Assembly: GCA_964035545.1 (NCBI GenBank) | Contig: OZ037768.1 | Location: 18,707,700-18,771,699 of the forward strand | DNA length: 64,000 nucleotides | Source: Bugula neritina | Lineage: Eukaryota; Animalia; Bryozoa | Direction of reading: 5' to 3' | Part shown: positions 26,801-41,163 of the stretch, one piece after another | How the letters are laid out: each line of letters starts with the position of its first letter | Numbering within the stretch: position 1 is the stretch's first letter | Program-made: the position numbers and the translations under genes | The notes under the pieces: generated by a model | Seen by the model: only the letters and a program-made list of their open reading frames with translations | What the model was told of the DNA's origin: nothing | Database searches by the model: none

Positions 26801-29800
26801 ACCCCCTGATGGAAAAGTTTTTTTCAAGTGTGCTAAGGACTTATTCATATGTGGCACAGGAGCAATTATGACTGGATGCGCTTCCTAACATCACCAATGG
26901 CCTTTACTAGGGTTCGAACCCATGACTTTGTGTTTACTAGGCCAACGCTCTAACCCCTAGACCACGGCTGCTCCCTACATTAGCTATATATTATTAACTA
27001 TATGTAGCTTATTATTTATATAATCTTTGTGCTCATTCTGAACTTCACAAGATATTTGTTACAGTAGAAATGTTGATTTTTAGAGTTCGTTTGGCAGAAA
27101 CAACAGAAGAGTACTGGGACTGCCACAACCACTTCATGCTGTATTACAGTAAGGATATTCAGCCAATGAAAGATGCCGAGAAAAAGAAAAAGGAAGAAAA
27201 GGTTTAGCCATGTTTTATTTATTTAAAGAATCTCCGTCACACTTCATTTATACAGTAGTAAGATATAATTTTTTATGTATTAGCCATCATCTACAGACTG
27301 TGTGAAAGTTGTATCCACAAATGGTTTTGTTGTATAAGAAGTTGTGTGCTCATGCTGAGGCTTTGGAGTTTCTGGTATTATAAAGCTAATACTGGTTATT
27401 GCTAACTATTATTGCATTCTACTCTTAGCTGCTGGAACACACAGCTTTATTACTGAGCTGTCCTAAAAGTTCAAAGTTTAAACATTGAACTCACAAGCCA
27501 GCTCAGTCATTGGTTCTTTGATTTTTGCGCGAGTCTAATATATAAAATTCTTATAATATGCTCAAGTGGTTTCAGCATTTTATAATGTTAATAATTGAAG
27601 TCCCTGCTGCTAAGCTGTCCCATTCATACATTTGGTGTGTTCTCCTCGACAGTCAACTGAAGGAAAAGAGCAAGGTGGAGACGATTCCAAGGCTGAGAAG
27701 GAAGATGGCGAAGAAGACGAAGAGGTGGTTGTGGATAAACCAGCAGATGAAGAACTTCCACAAGATACACTCAAATATGCCAGGGGGCGTAACTCCGGAT
27801 ATTATATATGTATACAAGTTAGTAGTTACTAAGTGTTGTTAGGTGACATGCTTTGAAGCAGATTCCTTACCACTTGTTTATATATAATGAGTCATCCAAC
27901 GCTCATTGTATTACTCAATATACAAATGCTATGCAATCTATTATTTATGGTAATAATCCAGCAAATATGGTTAAAAAGAACTAACGAGTATTTTGATAAG
28001 ATGCTGGAGGTCATAATTTTTTACTAAGTAATTAATGATTAAAACTAGTGTTCTAATAAATTTCGGTTGTGTAATAATATAATGTACTTTTAGTCGCAAA
28101 TGTTATTTAACTAGATAGACAATAGTGTATTGTCCCCTGCTCTAATATATCTGGGGACAATCCTAGTCATTCCTAGTAGTTTGACCTTCTTACACGGGAA
28201 CTATGTCAGGTCTTCTCACCAGGAACTTTCTTCTCTGTTTCTGATATTATAACTCGTTAACCAATCATAAGTCTTGTAGCACAAACAAGTATATTCTATT
28301 ATAATGTTTCAAGTTATTTTAAAGCACATACTATTTTATTATAATTCATAGAATGGATTGGCTGACTTTGCCAAAAAGTTTGGGTTGTCCCCAGAGCAGT
28401 TTGCGGACAACTTGAAAGACAATTACCAGAAGCATGAGGTGGAGCAGTACCCTGTGGGGCCAGAGGAGCTGGCCAATGAATATGTTGGACCGTAAGTTGC
28501 AATCTACGTCATTCATGTATGAATTTAGAGAGTATCTTAAAGTTGTGAACCAAACAACATGAAATGGTTAACAGTCTTTTATCTTGCATGGTTTTCTTCT
28601 AGCATTATCTATGTAGAGAGTTTTATACATTGTTTAATTGATAGGATGACTGTCTATTTTTTAAGTTTCACACTTTAAAATGAACACGAGGCGTAAAGTG
28701 AGATTTACTCACGTGAAAACTGTGATATGAAATGTAATGTACCATTTTTAAGTACAATTCACAGCTTTAAAAGTTTGTTGAAGTCCTCTAAAAGTTTCTG
28801 AATTTAAGTTACGTTATTTAGCTCACAGTGCCGTATACATGCTACATTATAGACAATTTGAAAGTGCCCGTGAAGTGCTGAATGGTGCAAGACATCTGGT
28901 GTCCATGCAAATAGCCTATGATCCTGTGGTGCGAAAATGTGTTCGCACAGCATTCAGAGAGAGGGCTGTTCTCAGGGTCACCCCTACTAAGAAAGGTAAA
29001 AAGGAGATTGATGAGAGTCATCAGTGTTACAGCATGAAGTATCTGATAAATAAGCCAATCAGTGACCTGAAGAATGAAGATTTCCTCAAACTCTATCAGG
29101 TTGGCTATTGGCATTCTAAACAGGAGTTGTGCGCTTTATTACTTGGTAATAGTAGTAGTACTTATTGATAGTAATAGTAATTATACTTATTGATAATAAT
29201 ATTAGTAATATTTAGTAATAGTAATAATACTTATTGATAGTAATAGTAGTAGTAATAATACATAGTAATAATGCATAGTAATAATGCATATTTACTGTAG
29301 GTGGTAGTAGTGCTAGTAGTAGTTATACTTATTGATAGTAATAGTATTAATGTTTAGTTGTAATAATGCATATTTGTAGCAATAATACTCAGTAATAGTA
29401 GTAACACTTAGTAATACTTAGTAGTAGTAGTAGTAGTAATACATAGTTGTAGTAATGATACTCAGTAATAGTAGTAATACTTTGTACTAGTTGGATAATT
29501 TTTTTCTTAAATTGGATGAGTCAAGCTATATGACAACCGGGCAGAATTATGTAATACTTGTTCACCGCAGGCCAGTGAAGAGGATTTGCTTACCATGGAA
29601 ATAAGGATGGGGGAACCAACTGGCTCCACCACTTATCTGGAGGAAATCCACTCTCTGTTTCACAGGGTTCGTTTCTTACTACTTCTATTGTATGCCGAAG
29701 TATTATCACTAACTGCAGTATCTATTAGTCAGTAGCCATGGTGAGATGCACTAAAGTTATATTCTGCATATATACTGTTGTGTAGGACGAGTATAGTGCT

Positions 29801-32800
29801 ATAGTGGAGGCCTGGAATGACCAGAGGAAACTTGCTTTGGAGAGAGCTCTCAGTAAGTCCCTCTACCCGCAGATGGAGAAGGAGCTCAAGCTATGTCTGC
29901 TACAAGAGACTAAGGACGGCATTCTCAGAGTGAGTTGTGATTTTACTACTAATCCATCAACTCCATTTCTCAGTCGAATACCTTTCTTGTGATAATTTTC
30001 TCCTTTTTGGTATTAGTTTGAAGGTGAAGAGGGTATTTAAATGTTATGCAATTATATTCTTTCACCAGTTAGTCATGCGTATTAGTTTCTATTTGCTTAT
30101 GCATCTAGTCTCTAATTTATATTTATATCTACATAGTGATAAGTGCAATAGGAAGCAGCCATGATCTAGTGGTTAAAGCGCTGACCTAGTCACTGGGTCG
30201 TGGGTTCGAATCTCAGCAGGGTCATTGGTGGTGTTCGAAAGAGCATACACAGTTCTTAGTCCACTTTAATATCCCTTACCACTAGGGGTTCTCACAGTAC
30301 AAATTGGAGACTTTAAACAACCATGAGGATAATGAGAAGTAAAATGCTTCCGGATTTCATAGCAAATACTCTAGAACCTTCTAGTTCACCAGCTACGTAG
30401 TTGGCGTGTCATGTCTTGCACTGAGTAATACAGAGTATTTGTATGTTGGGTATGCAGGCCTGCTGTGACAAGCTGAGGTCATGGATCCGAGTGGCTCCGT
30501 ATCAAGCTATGAAAGAGTTTGATGACGAGGACGAGGACTTTGACACCAGCAAAGGACTCAGAATTATGTCTGTGGCTTACAAGAATGAGAGGTGATGCCT
30601 TAGTCTGTGTTATGTAACATAGTACATATAGGGAGCAGAGGTTAGAGCGTTTTCCTAGTAAGCACAAAGTCATGGGTTCGAACCTGACAAAGGCCATTGG
30701 TGATGTTAGGAAGAGAATCCAGTCATAATTGCTCCTGTCTCATCTAAATAATTCCCTAGCCCGAATCACGGATGGTGACTATAAACTTGCGCGAGTTTAT
30801 TTATATAGTATATAATATAGTATATATAATACATGCTATAGTATACTATATAGTACATGATATATAGTACATGTATATACGGCATAATGTAGTGAATTAT
30901 ATAGTTTATATACTACATAATAGAGTACATATGCACACATATAGTACATATTACCATGCATATACATACACTGTACATAATATATTTCATAATATAGTAC
31001 ATATTATATACTAGTAACTAGTACATATAATAGATAATATACCATGTATATGCATATTATATGTCAAGCAGTTTATTCTTATACTGTTCAGAGATGTTGC
31101 TGGTTTCACGTGTATCCTGGATGGAGATGGGGAGGTCACAGACTTCCTGAGATTACCTCACATACTAAAGAGGAAGAACCCCAACGCCCCCGAGATCAGA
31201 CAAGACAAGGAGAATGAGTTGGTGAAGCTCAAGGAGTTCATCATGGAGAAGAAACCACACGTCATAGCTGTAGCCGGCGAGTCTAGGTGTGTGTTTAAAC
31301 AGAAATCAATACGGTAGCTGTGTGTATGTGTAAGTAGCCTTAGGATTCTACACTGATTTTACTTATTTTCAACTCTGTATACAAGATTATAACTAGATCT
31401 TGTGGTGTGTTATTAACACTACGTTTCTAAGCTTCGCATCGTGCGAATGGTTTTTTTTATTCGGTGTTTGGAAAAAGTTGCATCGAATTAAACCACAGCC
31501 ATAAGTTCATTCATATGAGCATCCATTTGCATAATGTTAAGTAATGGGAATGAAATGCAGTTATAGAGAAATGATAACCTGTATATCTTGGCATGTGGAC
31601 CTGTTTTGTAGAGACGCACTGGATATACAGTACGATATTCTCCATTTGCTCAACCAGTTGGAAGAGGAACACCAGTTTCCTAAAATATACGTCGAGTTGA
31701 TAGACAATGAGCCATCATCTGTCTACGCCGCATCTAAGAAGTCTGCCCAGGTATGACGTTGGTAGTTTTTCATTTCATTTAGGTGCAGTAGTGGAGGAAT
31801 TGAGATAGCCTAATTTCTTTATAGATTTTGGTTTAAGATGCGGGTAGAAGTTTTTGCGTGAACATCTTCTTTTACTACATTTCTAATCTAGAAAACAGGC
31901 TTTTCGCAATTTCTCCATTACTCCATTACTGCACCTTCTTCTTTTATTTGTTGTTGCTCAGGGCCTGCTTTCATGCTAAGATGTATAACAGCACGTACAT
32001 AGTCAAAGGGGTTATTCCCGTAGGTTTATTTCGTGTATTTATGTTCTCAATGCTGTTGGATGTCTGCTTCACAGGACTTCCCAGAATACCCGGAGATGTT
32101 ACGAGAGGCCATTTCTATTGCCCGTAGACTGAGAGACCCTCTTGTAGAGTTCTCCCAACTCTGTAACCAAGATGAAGATCTGCTATGCATTCACTTTCAC
32201 CCAATGCAGGTAACCAAGGCTATCTATTGGGAATACATTACCAGCTTTCTTCAGCTATACTCTCCTAGAGGCATACAGTTGGGGTATTTGAAACTCAGTA
32301 TAAACTGAACATCTATCTCGCATATTTTTACATTTCAGAGTGAACTGGCAAAGGAAACACTTCTCAGTGCTCTCTACTTGGAGTTTGTCAATGTTGTAAA
32401 TGAAGTTGGGGTAGATATCAATGAGGCTCTGGCTCACCCTTATAAAGCTGGCCTGCTGCAGTTTGTCTGTGGCCTGGGGCCTAGAAAAGCTGCCTACATT
32501 TTAAAGGTTTTCTACTATTTGTTATATAAGCAGAGTGTAGCTTGTTCCCAATTGTATAAGTTTATTAAATCAATCTATATATGTAGATCTGGATTGATAA
32601 ATTAGCATTTATTTATTAATTTTCACAGCGGTATGTTGTAAAATCTGTGTTACTAATCGGAATTCTATCTGTATAATGATTTGATCTCTGGATTATGAAA
32701 TGGTCATTTGGATTCTTTCTTTCCTTGGAGCCTTAATAGTCAGTAATAAACTATAATTTAGTATGTACTGTGGTATAATTTAGTAAGTAATATGGTATAA

Positions 32801-35800
32801 TTTAGTAAGTAATATGGTATAATTTAGTAAGTAATATGGTATAATTTATTATGTAATATGGTATAATTTAGTAAGTAACATGGTATAATTTAGTAAGATA
32901 CTTTTATAGAGAGTCAAATCTCAGAAGAGACTGGAAAACAGGAGCCAGCTGGTTATGCACTGTCACCTGGGTCCAAAGGTCTTCATCAATTGTGCTGGTT
33001 TTATAAAGATAGACACAACCTCATTTGGAGACAGGTACTGTCTAAACTCAAATGTTATGTTTGTGCTTGTTTCCAGCCTCGTTAGTTTCCATCTGGGGAA
33101 ATGTTTATACTGTATTCATGTCATTGTAAATAATTGATTAGAAATCTCAAAATTAACAAACTTGAATTGTCAAAAATCACTTTTCCTAGTATTTATTGTC
33201 CATATTACTACATGATACATAATAATACAGAACAAATGTCCAGCATAATAAAATGTGGGAATGTTATTTTCTCTGTAATCTAGTTTCTTTGTTTTTGAAA
33301 AGTAAAGACAACTCCCAATAACCTTGGCACGGGCAGTTTATTAACTTTATAAAAAGTAAAGTTTTAAGAAGTTGCATTCACTCTGTTTCACAGATTAGCA
33401 GTGAGTGTTTTTACAAATTATCATTGGCTAACAAAGATATTTATAATTTTCCTTTTCTCCCCAATATTACATAGTGTTGAGTGTGCTGTGTGGAGTTGTT
33501 ATATCCTGTATATATTTGATTATGTCTCTAAATATTTTTGTAGCTATCTCTTTGAGTATATAACACTAGATCAGTTCAAATTTTTATAATATTCAGTTAC
33601 TGTTTGTTTAATTGCCATGTTTACTGTTCTGTCACCTTATAAAGGTATTCTATCACCCATCTCTTTCATATGCCATTAGAAAGTGCTCACTCTAACTGTG
33701 CATCATATACATTACAACAGTATAATGATCTGATATTTTTTTATATTCTGTTCTACAGAACATGTGACCATGTTTTGAGTAGATTAAGTAAATCTTAAGC
33801 CTTCTAATGGTGCAGAAAGTACTTCAAAAAGCATAAAATGTTCACGTACTTAGTTCATTCTGTTATACCTATTAATTACATGTTGGTTTTCAATTTTATG
33901 TTTTACTACATTTCAGATTTCATTATATTAAGTTGACACAATTTATTTGCATTTTATATTTTCAAACAGTTATTTATTACACCCTGAGGCACTAAACATC
34001 TCTACTGTGCCTCAGGGTAAGGATGTTTAGTGAGACCAATGCTATCATACTTTAATATTGTTGTAAAACAGAACTGGGGCACACAAAGTTGAAATGAATT
34101 CGGTCGGCTGTATTTTTTGTAAATGATGTTTCCAAAATATTTCTTTGGAAATTAGTTATACATTTTTAAGAAAATTTGAAAACTTGCATGAAGCAAGCAT
34201 ACAACACACTAGAGTTTCATTGTTAAATGTAAAATAAATGTTTCAAGCCAGTGTTTTTACCAACTAGTATTTATTTGGATACAGGAATGTCATGTAAGTA
34301 AGTTAAGGTAGCATTTACTTTAAGAAAAAGTAATTTATGAGAGTAGTAGTGTAGTCAGTTCAGCTAAGAACTTTAGGTGCTGGTTTGTTGAGAAGATAAC
34401 TTTACAATTGTTGAGTTGCTTATTGACTGGTTCGTTCTCAACCTACTAAAACCGTATGTTCGTATAATATATAAAGTATGGCGGATATTGCAGTACGGAG
34501 GAATACACGGATGTACTCGACGCATCCCGAGTTCATCCGGAAACATACGAGTGGGCAAGGAAGATGGCCATAGATGCTCTCGAGTATGACGACATGGCTG
34601 ACGATGCCAATCCCGCGGCAGCTTTAGAGGTAACATATCTTCCTAAGCATCCAGAGTAATTCTAAGCACAGTATTTGTTCTAGGATTGCCAACACCTTAT
34701 AGTGTACCATAATTTAATGAGTGATACTCATTGGTAGCAAATTTTATGCTCATGTTTCTGACACTAAATATCCAGGTAACTGGTTTATCCAGCTGTTCTG
34801 ACTCAGCATGGTGTCAACCCAGTATTGATTCCATGGTTTGCCAACATCATGACTCGTAGCTCAAAGAAAGACAGCTTGTTCTCTGGCAAGTCAATTTTGT
34901 GTGGCCTGACAATATTGTGTTGCTGTTTGCAGGAAATCTTGGAGAAACCTGAACGGTTACGAGATCTTGACCTGGAGGCATTCAGCGTTGAGTTAGACAG
35001 GCAGGGTTACGGCCAGAAGCTGACTACTCTGTATGACATCAGAGCTGAGTTAAACTGCAGATATAAAGATACTCGTATCACGTACAAGACCATAGAAATG
35101 GTGGAGAGGTTCAATATGCTCTCTAAAGAGACCCCAGCTACATTGTATATTGGTGTGTTCAATTCTATTCTGTCACAAACCTTTCAAACTTCATAGAGAA
35201 GTTATCAAATCCTGACCATTTTTCAAGGATATAATATAGTAATGTAAATGCTATATTTTGGGGTTGAAATGTACTGAAGCTGTAACCTATGATGCATAGA
35301 AATTTTTAGCTCTCGTCTATTTATATCTTTTGAACTAGCACTCACCATTTTTCTTGATAAGTTTACTTTTTTTAATAGTTCAAGCACTTTGTTCTGCGTG
35401 TCAAACATCTAAACTAGGTTACCTGAAGACACATGACATGTAACTCATGAGTATTCTGACACTTGAGAGTTGCAGGACTGGGGTTTATAAGAAACCTCTG
35501 AAAGTTGATGTTGCATGGGTACACAACTCCGTGAAACTGATGAAAATGCACAACACAATGACATGTGCCCACCATCTGAAGCCCATGTATATAATATACA
35601 TATCTCTTGTCGCCTACAGATTTCTGTTCAACTACATAAAAGTCGTTGATGTGTAAGTAATGCAGTTTCCACCTCTTCTGTTCAGGTAAATTGGTGCTAT
35701 GCCGGGTTACAAATATCGCCCGGAAGAAGCCTCAAGGCCAGCAGCTGGATGAGGCGAATCCTGAAAGAAGTGAAGACACCGGACTCTGGGTGTGTCCTTT

Positions 35801-38800
35801 CTGTAGGAAAGACGACTTCTCCGAGATTAGTGAGGTACTGTGCATCTTGTTGTGTATTTTCCTTTATAATATATATATATATGGGTCACACTCCCTCTAT
35901 TATGGAAATATATAGTATAAGTATGACATTTGCAGTTGAATATTTATGACAGGAAGAGTTTTATTAGTTCATAATGTTCATTGTTTCTTGTACATGATCT
36001 GGTGTAGTCGTTCAGAAGTCTTGCAACTCAGATCTAACTGATGCCCATAGAGTGTTCAGATAAGCCACTTTTAGGGAATAATGATTATTTCAGGTTTTTT
36101 GAGGCCATGGAAGTTACTGCTGGCTTTTTGCTTAACTTGCAGTGACCTGCCTTACTCTCTATATCTGTTTACTCAACCATTGTGCTGCTATATCAGTTGT
36201 TGCTACAGCTAAGTGATATGGGATCAGTTAGCTTACCTGCCTTGTTCGTGACATCACATTTATGCTATAGAACTGTACACATTTCTGTCAGTAGGTAAAG
36301 GAATATTAATAGATCAATTCTCTCTAATAAAGGTGTGGAGTCATTTTGATGCCGGCAGCTGTCTGGGTACTGCTATTGGAGTCCGTGTGAGGTTAGAGAA
36401 CAACCTCAGTGGGTTTATTCACACAAAGAACCTGAGTGACAAGGAGGTGAGGAATCCAGAAGAAAGAGTCAAACCCGGCATGACTTTACACGCCAGAATA
36501 CTTAAAGTAGACATCGAGAAGTTCCAGGTAGATCTGACGTGTAAAACATCCGACCTGCTGGATAAAGAGGACAGACTGAGGTAGCGTATACTAAGAATTT
36601 GTTCCAACTGCTGTAGCCATATTTCTTGGAGAAGTTGTATGCTATGTTTACTTCTTGTAAAACTCAATAACTAAGGAATAGTAAATTATTAATGAGCAGC
36701 TGTGGTCTACGGGGTTAGAGCGTTTGCTTAGTAAGCACAAAGTCATGAGTTTGAGCCTGGACAAAGGCTATTGGTGATGTTAGGAAGAGCATCCAGTCAT
36801 AATTGCTCCTGTGCCTCACCTGAATAAGTCTTTAGCTTGATTTAACAAAAAAAGCCTTTCACCAGGGGTTTTCCCACAGGGATGGTGACTGGAAACTTGC
36901 GTGAGAGTAAATTATTAATGGATATTTCTTCATCGCAGTCATTAATTAACAATTGTGTTGCATTTGCTCATCAGTATACGGTCATGTGTTGAAGTATTTA
37001 TCAATCTAAGATAATAATCTGCTTGTATTCTGTAAAGTATGGAGTTGTCTTCCATGACCATTATCATGCATGTTTGTACTTGTCAGGCCACCCAAAGATC
37101 ATTTTTATGACTTTGAAGCAGAAGATTCGGATGTAAAGGCTGACGAGAAGAAGGCAAAGGGCAAAAAGAGAGTTGGTAAGTTGTTTATGGGACTTTTTCC
37201 CCAAAGAGCTGCGCTTGATAAGCAAGAGAGTACAACCTTCATACAGAGGCTCATTTGTATCCGTTACAAGCAGCTATCACTATAGATGAATGCCACAAAC
37301 GCACATATGTTTTCATCTGGTACCGTTTTTAGCTTTCATCAAGAGAGTGATTGCTCACCCGTGTTTCCACAATGTTGGTTACAAGGAGTGTGAGACGTTG
37401 CTGAACAACCTCGGAGAAGGTGACTGCGTTATCCGTCCATCTAGTAAGGTACGTCAGTTACTACGTTCTAGTGATAATGCTAGTGTTAGATGTACTAGTC
37501 TCTAGTAAGGTTAGGATGAGTCAATCTCGCTATTTTCCTATTTTCCTATCTATATGTTGAGATTTGTGTGTCTCTTTAGCTGATTTTATTTTTTAGTGAA
37601 CATGCTGTAGCATTTTTATATAACATAGACATAAAATAGCTTCACTCTTGTTATTTTGTTGTTGAATCATATATTTTTAATTTTCAATATCACCTGGTTT
37701 ACTCTGTAACTTCATAGTCATACTTTGACGATAATTGCTCAGAAAGTGTTCTTGCAGCATATAACTGTATGAGATACTTTGCAGGGCCCTGACAGACTTA
37801 CTCTAGCCTGGAAGTTGGCCCCAGAGATATATTCTCATGTCGACATTAAAGAAGAGGGCAAAGAAAATAGTTTTTCACTCGGCAAAACTCTCTTCATTGG
37901 AAACGAAGAGTTTGAAGATCTTGACGAGATTCTCTGTGAGTTGTGCTGGTCTAGCTAACTGTCACTCACTACTACTACTTACTGTAACTACCACTCACTG
38001 TAACCACTACTCACTGTAACTCACTACTAATCACTGTAACTACTACTCACTGTCACTACTACTCACTGTCACTCACTACTACTACTACTCACTGTCACTC
38101 ACTACTACTCACTGTCATTTACTACTACTCACTGTCACTCACTACTACTCACTGTCACTCAGTGCTACTCACTATAACTATTACTCACTGTAACTACTAC
38201 TCACTGTAACTACTACTCACTGTAAATACTACTCACTGTAACTACTACTCACCGTCACTCACTACTACTCACTGTCACTCAGTGCTACTCACTGTAACTA
38301 TTACTCACTGTAACTACTACTCACTGTAACTACTACTCACTGTAAATACTACTCACTGTAACTACTACTCACTGTAACTACTACTCACCGTCACTCACAT
38401 TACTCCATGCTACTGGTTAACTCAGTTGAAAACAAATAGGTCTTCTGCATCACTAAACATATTGAGGTTTGTTTGTTCTTGCAAACTGTGTACTGAATTT
38501 TAAAATTATGTTTCAACGTGCACTAACAAATAAATCTTCTTGGGGCGTTATTCTTTTTTGATACATTGGCTGGGGTGTTTTTATCCTGTTATGAAGTTTG
38601 TTTTTTCTGGCACACACATTTAGGATAATAAATCCACAATGTCTTCAGCTTTTTAATAGCAATAAAAAGGATGCATTGCGACAGAACACTTTTGAATATG
38701 TGCTAAAGAAAACTACTAGTATATCTGTTTAACTCCACAATGTCTTGTAATAAATGTCAAATTCATTGTAACATACATCAACAGTCAATAATGATTCTGC

Positions 38801-41163
38801 CAATTGCTTGTCACTTTAATTGTTTACACCTTCTTACAGCTCGCTATCTCAACCCAATGGCAGCTCTAGCAAGAGAAATACAATCTTACAAGTACTTTGT
38901 GGAAGATTCTGGTGCAGGAAATAGGGAGATTATGGATCAGAAGGTTTACGAGGAGAAAAAGAAAGCACCAGCTAGGTATGCTGACTAGAGCTCTACGCTG
39001 CCGTTATTTCATATTTATTTCATCACAGTCACAAGGAGTTGTGTTACCTCTAATAAATATAAATAAATTAATATTTGTTTGTAGAATACCTTATTTTTTC
39101 TCTACTTCGAAAGAACTACCGGGAAAGTTCATGCTCTCTTACATGCCGAGGTCAAAAACAGTGCATGAGTTTGTTACAGTAACGCATGAGGGGCTGAGGT
39201 TTAGGGGGCAGGTCTTCCCCACCCTCAACACTCTTGTAAAGTGGTTCAAGGAACACTTCAGGGATCCCATACCACAGAAGCTAGTTACACCATCTCATGC
39301 TACTCCACGTACGTTATCTGCTATACCACTATGTCTGTTCTGTTAGCTCTTTCATTTGCTGAAGGATGAAAAGCAATTCGGTCTTTGCAAATCCTGACAC
39401 TGCTTTGACTATGATTGCCCTAACTTTAAGGAATTTTGTTTTAGTGCAGAAACTTTATTAGGAATGGGATATTTGAATGGCACTGAAATAACAACTCCAT
39501 TTGCCTAATGCTTGGCTTACATTTAGTACTTGAGGAAATTTTTTCCGTATATGTTATGAGCGTTGCACTAGATTTGTAATATTAAAAGTAGGTTTCCCAC
39601 TCCCCCCCCCTCCTTAACACATGCTTGTTTTGGAGAGAACTCTTTTCTATATATGTTATAGGGCAGTGTCTTCACTCCATTAGTTAGACATTACATAACA
39701 GTTGCTACATACACAGCACATTAGTGTCAATTTCAATATTCAGTTTAGTAACTGTCTTCATGTTTGTAGGAATGGGACCCCCTGCATTCCGCACTCCTGG
39801 TCGTACACCCAGTCACACACCTGGTCGCACCCCCGGCCGTACCCCTGGTGCTACACCTGCTGCATACAGCACCACTAGAGGCGGATCCTCGTATCCATAC
39901 GGAGTAAGATTCATTATTATTGTATTTTAAAGGTTTACAAACTCTATGAAGTTATATCTAATTTTGTACCCTAAAGAAGTCGTTAATACATGCAGCAATA
40001 GTTAATTACATTTTATTACCTTCTAACAATTAACTTTTCAATTGATACAAAATAGTTTTTAAGTTCTTGTTTTTAAGTGTGCAGCAACAGCTTCTTATAA
40101 TGTTTTAACATAAAGGGTTGTCATAATTTATAGTCAACTTCAGTTATCCTCTCTTGCCTAATTTTGAGATTCCATATGTTAAATAATAATAAACCACAAG
40201 GCATATTTTAATCAAATAAGTTGAAATTTACGCAAATTTTATTTTACGTATATTTAAGGTTGGCTAATTCACATATATTAATTTAAAACCTAAACTTGAA
40301 AAAATATTTTCATTCCTAAATTAATATCTCTAAAATTGATAGTTTAGAAGTATTTAATTTGATCTGTTTGCAGGATTGTTCAATTCATATTAGCCAGCCT
40401 TTTGCCTTGCCATGGGGAATACTTGTATGCTGAAATTTGTATTTGGTAGTACGGCGGTTGCCTGTCTATGCGCTGTAACGCATTATGCTTTTTCACATAA
40501 CATTTTGTGGTGATTTTAGACGCCTCAGGCTACACCTATGATGACACCTGCCTACCACACTACACCGGGCGGTGTGAGTGGCACCCCTGCATACAGAGCC
40601 ACCCCTAGGCAGGGCAGCGTTTACCCCTCTGGCTCTATGGCAGCCCCCAAGGGGACACCTAGAGTTGGCGGAACTCCTCGATCTGGCCAGACGCCACGTA
40701 TTTCTGGGCAGACGCCGCGAAGTGGTCAGACTCCTCGTATCAGCGGTTCAACTCCACGTAGTGGACAGACACCGGTTATTAGCGGACAGACACCCAGACA
40801 AGCAGGGACAACTCCTCAGTACACGGGTTAGATGCTTTGCATTACTTGTGTTTGTTTGAGAAGTTGTTTATCCTCACTTTAATTTTATGTATGCTAGTGG
40901 GTAACTGTGTGCAGCACTAGATTTTATGAAGTAGCAAACCCTACTAACTACTAACTAATCTTATTATTAACTAAATTCATCACCAACTTTTAACTAATTA
41001 TATTATTCTGTTCGTTTCTAAAGGTTCTTCAAACAGACCACATGTTGCTCCGAGAACCAACTCGGATACCGATTGGGGCAAGATGGCCATCATGTGGGCC
41101 AAAGAGCAGAAGCAGAAGAAAAGGGAGAGGGGAGAGGGTACTCCCAGCTATCATGAGAAGTAA
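23872..41163 (+). CDS. SUPT6H: Transcription elongation factor / histone chaperone SPT6
   Basis: About 32 GT-AG exons. Acidic N-terminus ([21 protein letters not shown]), [28 protein letters not shown], YqgF ([13 protein letters not shown]), HhH ([23 protein letters not shown]), [15 protein letters not shown]1 ([14 protein letters not shown]), tandem SH2 ([27 protein letters not shown]), a TP-rich tail and a stop at 41161-41163. Confidence 0.98.
26765..26975 (-). mobile_element. tRNA-Thr-derived SINE in an SPT6 intron
   Basis: Family motifs present. Direct repeat TACATTAGCT at 26748 and 26976 (TSD). Confidence 0.88.
29150..29490. repeat. Degenerate (AGT/AAT)n intronic repeat
   Basis: Repeated TAGTAATA and ATACTTATTGATAG. 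Confidence 0.8.
30151..30320 (+). mobile_element. Divergent relative or subfamily of the tRNA-derived SINE
   Basis: GCAGCCATGATCTAGTGGTTAAAGCG, GGGTTCGAATC, GGTCATTGGTGGTGTTCGAAAGAGCAT and AGGGGTTCTCACAG. Confidence 0.7.
30631..30800 (+). mobile_element. tRNA-Thr-derived SINE with internal deletions
   Basis: GGTTAGAGCG..CTAGTAAGCAC..GGGTTCGAACC, core and tail motifs. Confidence 0.85.
31781..31936. mobile_element. Short MITE-like element of about 150 bp, copy 1
   Basis: TIR AGGTGCAGTAGTGGAG / CTCCATTACTGCACCT. Internal CTACATTTCTAATCTAGAA.ACAGGCTTTTC is shared with 46520-46659. Confidence 0.75.
32752..32897. repeat. 22-bp minisatellite (TATAATTTAGTAAGTAATATGG), about 6.5 units
   Basis: Tandem units seen directly. 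Confidence 0.9.
36695..36905 (+). mobile_element. tRNA-Thr-derived SINE, full-length, with a 15-bp TSD
   Basis: Exact direct repeat AGTAAATTATTAATG at 36680-36694 and 36906-36920. Confidence 0.92.
37963..38398. repeat. Intronic minisatellite built from ACTCACTGTAACTACT variants
   Basis: Tandem 16-20 bp units with a higher-order duplication. Confidence 0.9.

Noticed and set aside
36100-36261. Possible H/ACA snoRNA in an SPT6 intron (ATATCA, hairpin, ACA)
   Set aside because: The first hairpin is about 30 nt from the H box, and the pocket-to-ACA spacing is about 22 nt rather than 14-16. It is unsupported without a snoRNA scan.
24069-36667. Minus-strand ORFs within SPT6 (e.g. 24137-24322, 28842-29114, 36419-36667)
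   Set aside because: These are antisense shadows of conserved SPT6 exons.
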